Source: an uncultured Campylobacterales bacterium (GTDB taxonomy: Bacteria; Campylobacterota; Campylobacteria; Campylobacterales; Sulfurimonadaceae). From it: a stretch of 64,000 bases of DNA. A program made the position numbers and the translations under genes. Below, one piece after another: positions 58,811-64,000 of the stretch (the stretch's first letter is position 1; each line of letters opens with the position of its first letter). Location of the stretch: contig CAISHH010000154.1 of the NCBI GenBank assembly GCA_903885085.1, positions 1,694-65,693 of the forward strand, given 5' to 3'. The notes under the pieces were generated by a model. The model worked only from the letters and a program-made list of their open reading frames with translations. It ran no database searches and was not told the origin of the DNA.

Positions 58811-60070
58811 CTAAACAGTCATGTTTTTTGAAGTGTCACCGAAAGTGTCACCAAACAAGTTTATATTTTTATCTGCACTCAAAGCTTTATTGCTTATATA
58901 TCTCGCATAATGTTTGATCAACATCTGCAATGAACCATGTCCTAACATATTTGCAATTTCTTGCATCGTGAACTTTTTTGACTCAAGAGCTGCGACTGCA
59001 AATGTATGGCGACAGTTTTTTAGATCGCGGCGTTCAAGCTTACAATCACGTAGCAACCTATACCACTTAGTGTTGTTTTTAATTTTTTTGCTATCTTTGA
59101 TAATTTCACTTTCTCCACGAATGTCTTCGATATCATTCAAATGAACTCCATCTATTGAACTAAATAACCAAATAGACTTTTTTTTCTTCGCTTGGTCCAA
59201 CAAATCCTCAATATAAGGCAATGTAGAATTAAAAATTGGTATCACTCTATCCCGGTAGACCGTCTTGGTCTCTTTTATTTTGCCTTTTGTGATGTTGCGC
59301 TTGATACTGATAGTTTGATTTACTAAGTCAACATCGCCAGATTGAAGACCTAAAATCTCGCTCGGGCTCATCCCTTGATTGAATGCTACCCCAAGGTATA
59401 CGTGCAATAAATTACCATATTTTTCAGTGTCTTGGCTGTTTTGAAACAAAATACCGACTTCATCTTTTGTAAAAGGCCTGACAGTATTTATATCTCGTTG
59501 ATTTTTACCATCAATTTTAATTTCATCGGCAATATTTGTACCTATCAAATTATCGTCTGCCGCCAGCTCAAAAATACCGCGAAATATACGCAGATACTTG
59601 AGCTTAGTATTTTTAGACAGTTCCTTATCTGTTGAAGAATTACGCAAATTATTTATAAATTGCTTGATTTCAAGTTTTGTAATTTTGCGAATATCGATTT
59701 TATTAAACTCGACTAAAATGCGTTTTGTACGATAGTTCACATTTGAATAATCATGAAATTGCTCATAATTTTTTAGAAAAATATTTGCATAAAAACCAAA
59801 TTCAAAATTTTTAACCTGTTGAACTTTGAGCTTATCTTTCTTCCGCGCGATCCATGCGGGTAGGAATACCTGTTGCATGAATTGTAACTCTTTTTCCGTT
59901 TTTAAGATTTTTGTACTCTCTTCGCCATTTTTAACATTACCATTTTGAAATAACACCTGGTACTTAATGTACCAGAATTTACGATTGCCTCTTGCCAAAA
60001 TAGAAGCTTTTAGATCTTGCACGTTTTCTCCTTTTTTAAGAAAGGAAGTGCCACTTACAATTAACGACAT
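58811..60070 (-). CDS. Tyrosine-type site-specific integrase
   Basis: 419 aa. The C-terminal catalytic region has CRHTFAVAAL...MLGHGSLQMLIKHYARY (R..H-x-x-R..Y pattern). An N-terminal SAM-like core-binding domain is also present. Confidence 0.88.
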   Translation of the reverse strand: MSLIVSGTSFLKKGENVQDLKASILARGNRKFWYIKYQVLFQNGNVKNGEESTKILKTEKELQFMQQVFLPAWIARKKDKLKVQQVKNFEFGFYANIFLKNYEQFHDYSNVNYRTKRILVEFNKIDIRKITKLEIKQFINNLRNSSTDKELSKNTKLKYLRIFRGIFELAADDNLIGTNIADEIKIDGKNQRDINTVRPFTKDEVGILFQNSQDTEKYGNLLHVYLGVAFNQGMSPSEILGLQSGDVDLVNQTISIKRNITKGKIKETKTVYRDRVIPIFNSTLPYIEDLLDQAKKKKSIWLFSSIDGVHLNDIEDIRGESEIIKDSKKIKNNTKWYRLLRDCKLERRDLKNCRHTFAVAALESKKFTMQEIANMLGHGSLQMLIKHYARYISNKALSADKNINLFGDTFGDTSKNMTV

Positions 60071-60147
60071 GATTATACCTACCTAGTTTAAATTTTTTTA
60101 TTGAATATATTTTTATTTCATCTTTATCTATACGCAAATTTACAATA

Positions 60148-60156
60148 TGCTATAAT
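60148..60156 (+). promoter_or_regulatory. Extended -10 promoter (TGcTATAAT) giving a probably leaderless mRNA
   Basis: The TATAAT ends 5 nt before the ATG at 60162 and there is no Shine-Dalgarno sequence. A start 6-8 nt after the -10 would coincide with the ATG. Confidence 0.45.
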
Positions 60157-60161
60157 TACGC

Positions 60162-60395
60162 ATGAGTAAATTAGATGAATTAAAAGGTGAAGTTGATTGG
60201 TTGGGCCGATGGCTCAATGTATCAATAATCACTGATTTTGCATTAATCGGGTGGACTGCACTAAACTACGATACACAAAAAGATATACTTGTGTACTCAG
60301 CAATAGGTGCGATCTTTGGATTATCAATTGCTGTTTTAATGATTAACAAATCAGCAATGAAAAAAATTCGAGCAATGAAGGAAATAAAAAAATGA
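60162..60395 (+). CDS. Small two-TM membrane protein with basic C-terminal tail (holin-like topology), hypothetical
   Basis: 77 aa. Two hydrophobic helices (VSIITDFALIGWTAL; ILVYSAIGAIFGLSIAVLMI) and the tail KSAMKKIRAMKEIKK. Confidence 0.5.
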   Translation: MSKLDELKGEVDWLGRWLNVSIITDFALIGWTALNYDTQKDILVYSAIGAIFGLSIAVLMINKSAMKKIRAMKEIKK

Positions 60396-60484
60396 AAGAA
60401 GCCCTCTTGATAAGTGCGTTTGTTTTCACAATAGGTGTAATGATTTACAGCAGTTGGAAAGCTACACATATTTCGGACTCTTAA
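60392..60484 (+). CDS. 30-aa hydrophobic peptide ORF overlapping the previous stop (ATGA)
   Basis: Hand-translated as MKEALLISAFVFTIGVMIYSSWKATHISDS. It is below the ORF-track size cutoff. Support is the ATGA coupling and one predicted TM helix. Confidence 0.3.
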   Translation: MKEALLISAFVFTIGVMIYSSWKATHISDS

Positions 60485-60504
60485 TAATATCAACATTGTA
60501 TAAC

Positions 60505-60741
60505 CTACCTACGGTTTAAGAGACTGTTGAGCTCATCATTTTGCACCACTGCACGATTGCCTCGGATCCATTCCTCGACTTTTTGCACGTCCCAAAAAAC
60601 CACTTTTTTTGTTTTGCTCGACTTTATCGGCACAAAAAAGTGTATATCTTCAAAAAAATCGACTCCGATTCGATTTTTGAAGTAATCGACAGAGACGTCA
60701 AAAATCGTTGGCAAGTTGTGTTGTTGGACATATTTTTTCAT
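60505..60741 (-). CDS. Excisionase/AlpA-like small DNA-binding protein (putative)
   Basis: 78 aa, located between the rep-like genes and int. The C-terminal KKVVFWDVQKVEEWIRG resembles the Xis/AlpA wing region. Weak. Confidence 0.4.
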   Translation of the reverse strand: MKKYVQQHNLPTIFDVSVDYFKNRIGVDFFEDIHFFVPIKSSKTKKVVFWDVQKVEEWIRGNRAVVQNDELNSLLNRR

Positions 60742-60742
60742 T

Positions 60743-61393
60743 TTAAGCCCCTATTTTTTGGGGTTTTAAAAGCCCTATTACGCTTTGATTGAACTCTTCA
60801 ATCTTTTCATTTTCGATTATTTTTTGAGGACTTAAAAGCAAATATTTTTGTGTAATTGAATTTTTTATGACATTTTCAATTTTATCAATTACATCTTTTT
60901 TGCTCAAATAATAAGAAATATCCATCAAAAATTGACCCGCACCAAGAGATTTTAAAACATAAAGCTCTTGCGCGGTGAATACTTTTTCGCCTTTTATATT
61001 TTTCAAATTTTCAAATTTTTGTCCACAAAAAAAGTCATGATCGCTTGGATTTAAGCCACGATTAAGGCGCACGTATTCAAACATTTGACAGCTTTGCGCA
61101 TAAAACTTGGTGTACATTTGCTCTGCAATTAATCGCGTTTTTGAAAAAAGCTCTTCTTTTTTTTCATTTTGTAATTTTTGAACCGCTATTGTGAGGGCCT
61201 TTAAGCCGTTGCCATAAGCCTCGACTTGGATAGCGCATTGAAAAAGAGCAGAAAGTTCTTGATTTTTAAAATTTTGCACTTGAGCCTCAATTGCACCAAG
61301 TGCAAAGATGTTTGGCTCAATTTTTAAAGCTGATACGATAGCTTTTACAAACTCGTTTTTTGGATCAATATTATTTTGGCCGACACTAAACAT
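60743..61393 (-). CDS. Hypothetical protein (island)
   Basis: 216-aa ORF that overlaps the rep-like gene by 8 nt and ends 1 nt before the Xis-like start. No motif recognised. Confidence 0.6.
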   Translation of the reverse strand: MFSVGQNNIDPKNEFVKAIVSALKIEPNIFALGAIEAQVQNFKNQELSALFQCAIQVEAYGNGLKALTIAVQKLQNEKKEELFSKTRLIAEQMYTKFYAQSCQMFEYVRLNRGLNPSDHDFFCGQKFENLKNIKGEKVFTAQELYVLKSLGAGQFLMDISYYLSKKDVIDKIENVIKNSITQKYLLLSPQKIIENEKIEEFNQSVIGLLKPQKIGA

Positions 61394-62219
61394 TGCTGGC
61401 CCCCATCGCTGTTAAAACTTGTGTTGCGGTGTAACCAGAACAGTATAAATTATTTACTGCATTGACACCTTTTGCTTTTTGTGCACCGCTCGATTTTGCT
61501 TGTATAAACATAGTGTCAAAATTTTTGCGCAGTTTTGCACCGCTTAAAACGATTTGTTGCCAAAATGCTCCAGCTGGAGAGTAGATCCACTCGATACATT
61601 GCTCAAGCTCGCCGGCTGTACGGCCGTCAACCCTGATGGCTAGGTCAATATCTTTAACCCAAATTTTTAGGTTTGGTTGCTTGAATGATGGGTTGATTGT
61701 TTTTATTTTTTCAAGCAAATATTTCGAAATTTGCGAAGATGAGAGAGAAAAAGAGACATCTTTTTCTTTTTCTTTTTCTTTTTGATCATTTGTAACACTT
61801 ATAAGATTGGTATTATTATATGTCGGATTTTTTTCCGCGTTTTTTTCGGATTTTTTTCCGTTTTTTGTCGGATTTTTTTCCGTTTTTTCATCTAAGTCGG
61901 ATTTTTTTATGACATAGTAGCTTTTGCCCAGCTGCGTCAATCGCACGCAGTCTTTTTTACCAACTTTTAAATAATGAATTAAGCCTAATTTAAGCAAAGC
62001 TTTTAAATGCCTGTAAACACTGTCCGGCTTTAAGTCAAGCAGTGGCAACTCTTTTGCTATTTTCGTCCTGGAGACCCAATAGTACACCTTTCCATCCACT
62101 ATTTCGGCATCTGCCCACGTCGGCGACCCATTAATTAGATCGAGTATAATAGCTTGAGTAACACTCTGCAGGCCTAGTTCAATTGCCTGCTTTTGATTGA
62201 TGGATATAGTATATCTCAT
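61386..62219 (-). CDS. Putative replication initiator (N-terminal winged-helix domain, repeat-encoded linker, C-terminal domain)
   Basis: The N-terminus is wHTH-like (VSRTKIAKELP..KPDSVYRHLKALLKLGLI). The central linker is Lys/Glu/Asn-rich and encoded by DNA repeats. The C-terminus has VDGRTAGELEQCIEWIY...FWQQIVLSGAKLRKNFDTM, a pattern I associate with phage/plasmid DnaD- or O-like replication proteins. Unverified. Confidence 0.45.
   Translation of the reverse strand: MRYTISINQKQAIELGLQSVTQAIILDLINGSPTWADAEIVDGKVYYWVSRTKIAKELPLLDLKPDSVYRHLKALLKLGLIHYLKVGKKDCVRLTQLGKSYYVIKKSDLDEKTEKNPTKNGKKSEKNAEKNPTYNNTNLISVTNDQKEKEKEKDVSFSLSSSQISKYLLEKIKTINPSFKQPNLKIWVKDIDLAIRVDGRTAGELEQCIEWIYSPAGAFWQQIVLSGAKLRKNFDTMFIQAKSSGAQKAKGVNAVNNLYCSGYTATQVLTAMGASNV
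61823..61908. repeat. Iteron-like direct repeats TCGGATTTTTTTCCG (3 full + 1 partial) inside the rep-like gene
   Basis: Full copies at 61823-61837, 61846-61860 and 61868-61882, plus a partial copy at 61897-61908. Spacings are 23, 22 and 29 bp. Copies 2 and 3 share 21 identical nt. A (CTTTTT)x4 tract sits at 61760-61783. Confidence 0.75.
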
Positions 62220-62551
62220 TATTCCATCTCCATCACGAGTTGTTTACTCGTGCGTGGCGCAGGTTTTCTGCGCTGCTTACCGAACTTTCGACGTTCGACA
62301 GTTGATCGACTCATAATCAGGACTTCTACCATCTTTATCTCGAGTTCTTTAACCTCTTCGATTTCAACCTCGTGGTCAATCTCGTAAAACTTATCCAGCA
62401 CCTCGACTAAAGCGTTCACCTCGCGATGATCCACGAGAGCTATAACTGTGTGACGATCGAACCCACAGAACACGTAGATAAACGAATCCACATCATCATT
62501 GCTAAAATCGCTTGACTGGGCTATATACGTGCTATAAGTATTTGTTTTCAT
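62219..62551 (-). CDS. Hypothetical protein (island), 110 aa from the ATG
   Basis: ATG 62551 (MKTNTYSTY...) is preferred to the track TTG at 62623. Acidic core and a basic C-terminal tail (RRKFGKQRRKPAPRTSK). The stop overlaps the rep-like start by 1 nt. Confidence 0.5.
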   Translation of the reverse strand: MKTNTYSTYIAQSSDFSNDDVDSFIYVFCGFDRHTVIALVDHREVNALVEVLDKFYEIDHEVEIEEVKELEIKMVEVLIMSRSTVERRKFGKQRRKPAPRTSKQLVMEME

Positions 62552-62839
62552 TTTTTGAAAATTCCTTTTTTTAAAGCACCTGAACTTTGGTCGGCTGGGG
62601 CGCTTTTTTTGAGAAATAAACAAATCTCTCTTTATTTCTCTGTCTATAATATGTTTTTACATGCAATTTTCTGCAAGAGAATGCTGTTTTTTTTTTGCAA
62701 TTTGTTTTAAAATATAATTTTCGTAATATTTGCTCAGGATTTTCATGTTTTTTTCACCTGAGCTTTTTGATTTATTTTTACAATTTGTTCAGGATAAGGA
62801 TGTATTTTCTATCGCAGGCTTTATCCTATATATTAGCCG

Positions 62840-62849
62840 CACCACCAAC
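62840..62849 (+). repeat. Right copy of 10-bp direct repeat CACCACCAAC (candidate att core)
   Basis: Identical to 58758-58767. It lies in the AT-rich intergenic region upstream of the rep-like operon. Confidence 0.35.
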
Positions 62850-62951
62850 GCCATTGACTTAAGAGAATAGAAGTTGCCTTTGTAAAGAAAAAATGGAAGT
62901 AAAAAGAATGAAAGATATAAAAAAAGACCGATGTTCTTGAGGGTCTTATAG

Positions 62952-63563
62952 TGTCATAAAGAAAAAATAACAGATTTTACAAGAGATAGAAAGCTTGGAT
63001 TTATAACGACCATCAACATAATGCTGAAAAAAAGTAGTAAATCATTACAGAATACACTCAATGATGCGAAAGCAAAACTGATAATTTTTTCACAAAAAAC
63101 TTATGAAAGTGTCACTGCAAGCGCTTATACAAGAGTGAGATCAAAATTAAATTATACGGCATTTATTGAGTTATACAGAGTTGTTTGAGAACAATTTTAT
63201 GAGGATGGAGAGTATCATCGATATAAAGGATTTAGACTTTTAGCAATCGATGGCTCTAACATCATATTACCAAATAGTGAGAACATCAAAAAAAGATTCA
63301 CCTCGACTATAGCAAAAAATCAGATAGCTGAATTTTCTAAAGAAGTCGTGCAGGCTTGTGCATCCGTACTCTATGACTTGCTCAATAATATTGTGATAGA
63401 TGCTGTATTAGAAGATAAAGCTTATGGAGAAAGAGTATTAGCAACTTCTCATTTGCAATATACTCAAAAAAATGATCTTATCATTTTTGACAGAGGGTAT
63501 CCATCGATTGAACTTTTTGCACATCTTATGAAAAGTGATACTGGAATGACCCCTATAAAGTAG
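62952..63563 (+). pseudogene. Decayed IS4-type DDE transposase fragment
   Basis: A single frame reads ...ITDFTRDRKLGFITTINIMLKKSSKSLQ...RVV*EQFYEDGEYHRYKGFRLLAIDGSNIILP...LIIFDRGYPSIELF.... It has no start codon (TAG at 62949-62951), an in-frame TGA at 63186-63188, and ends before the third catalytic residue region. Confidence 0.7.
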
Positions 63564-63797
63564 ACAGATTTTTAATCAGTTAATTTGATAAAATAGTAAG
63601 AGCATTTAGCAGGTATTTGTCATATCTCTTGACAGATGTTTTTCTATTTTTTAAAGTCCATATTTTAGAAGGTTTAAAATTCTAAGATTTTACTGTCAAG
63701 CTATATGAGATATTTTATTACAATGTCCTATTTATAGTAATTTCTCAAACTATATCACCTAAAATTAGGTGCGAAAGCTCAGTTGCCAAATAAAACA

Positions 63798-64000
63798 CTA
63801 AAGTGCTACAAAATCTGGAGTACAACCAGTTGCTTCAATATACTCTTTATAGCGTCCCAAACCAAAAACAATCTGCTTTAGCTTATCCTTTTTGGTGATA
63901 TTTTCAAGCACTTGAAATCTTTGAGGCTGTATGATTTTTTTTATTGCTGACTCGGAGAACGGAACTGCTGAGAAGCGCTTAATGTTCTCTCCATTTTGAA
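63798..64000 (-). CDS. Unknown protein, C-terminal 66 aa only (gene continues beyond the window)
   Basis: The minus-strand frame is open from base 63998 to the TAG at 63800-63798: ...NGENIKRFSAVPFSESAIKKIIQPQRFQVLENITKKDKLKQIVFGLGRYKEYIEATGCTPDFVAL. It is not in the ORF track because it is open at the edge. Confidence 0.5.
   Translation of the reverse strand, partial: QNGENIKRFSAVPFSESAIKKIIQPQRFQVLENITKKDKLKQIVFGLGRYKEYIEATGCTPDFVAL

Larger units (their letters stand above)
58763..62849. mobile_element. Putative ~4.1-kb tRNA-associated integrative element (int, xis-like, rep-like)
   Basis: The integrase gene ends 48 nt from the tRNA 3' end. The gene set is int, two small membrane ORFs, Xis-like, unknown, Rep-like with iterons, and unknown. 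The candidate 10-bp repeat flanks it. The stretch is visibly more AT-rich than the flanking core genes. The right boundary is tentative and the island may extend beyond the window. Confidence 0.5.

Noticed and set aside
61823-61908. The tandem repeats as a CRISPR array.
   Set aside because: The repeats are only 15-21 bp with gaps of 8 nt or less. There are four copies, all inside a continuous ORF, and no cas genes. They are iteron-like, not CRISPR.
63186-63188. In-frame TGA in the transposase frame as selenocysteine or programmed read-through.
   Set aside because: The gene also lacks a start codon and its C-terminal third. Simple decay is the parsimonious explanation, and no SECIS-like hairpin is evident.
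63626-63634. 9-nt match (CTCTTGACA) to the tRNA 3' acceptor/T-arm region as an alternative attR.
   Set aside because: Nine AT-moderate nucleotides without the CCA-proximal bases. It is more likely chance than the 10-mer at 62840. It is kept only as an alternative to test.

Overview
This is an AT-rich chromosomal segment, roughly 36-40% G+C by eye and not computed. It comes from a Campylobacterota (epsilonproteobacterial) genome. The protein set (CheA-REC/CheV/CheW, STAS-MlaE, FeoAB, Pta-AckA, many GGDEF/EAL and MCP genes) looks Sulfurimonas-like, but that assignment is inference only. There are about 60 tightly packed CDSs and one tRNA(CAT), with no rRNA and no CRISPR. Core genes from left to right: partial tonB; glnK-amtB; two unknown genes; pepP; a four-gene MCE/Mla-like lipid ABC system; cheV-cheA-cheW; lpxH-like, argC, greA; c-di-GMP enzymes; tcdA-surE; HDOD; MFS; dnaX; a tight lsrG-like / class II aldolase / lsrK operon behind rho-murI; pgi; a two-component pair divergent from a Fur-box-fronted porin-feoAB operon; two MCPs; DEAD-box helicase; HIT; yciH; ABC-F; pta-ackA; a metal-type permease; sugE; groESL. 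A tRNA-linked accessory region starts at about 58.7 kb. It holds a tyrosine integrase, two small membrane peptides, an Xis-like gene, an unknown gene, and a replication-initiator-like gene carrying iteron-like repeats inside its own coding sequence. A decayed IS4-type transposase and a gene running off the window follow. The strongest sequence-level signal is the 10-bp palindrome TTACATGTAA: 11 exact copies, all inside genes, against about 0.2 expected (hand estimate). It behaves like a HIP1-type or uptake-signal-type genomic word. All coordinates and counts were derived by eye and by hand translation, and no database search was possible.
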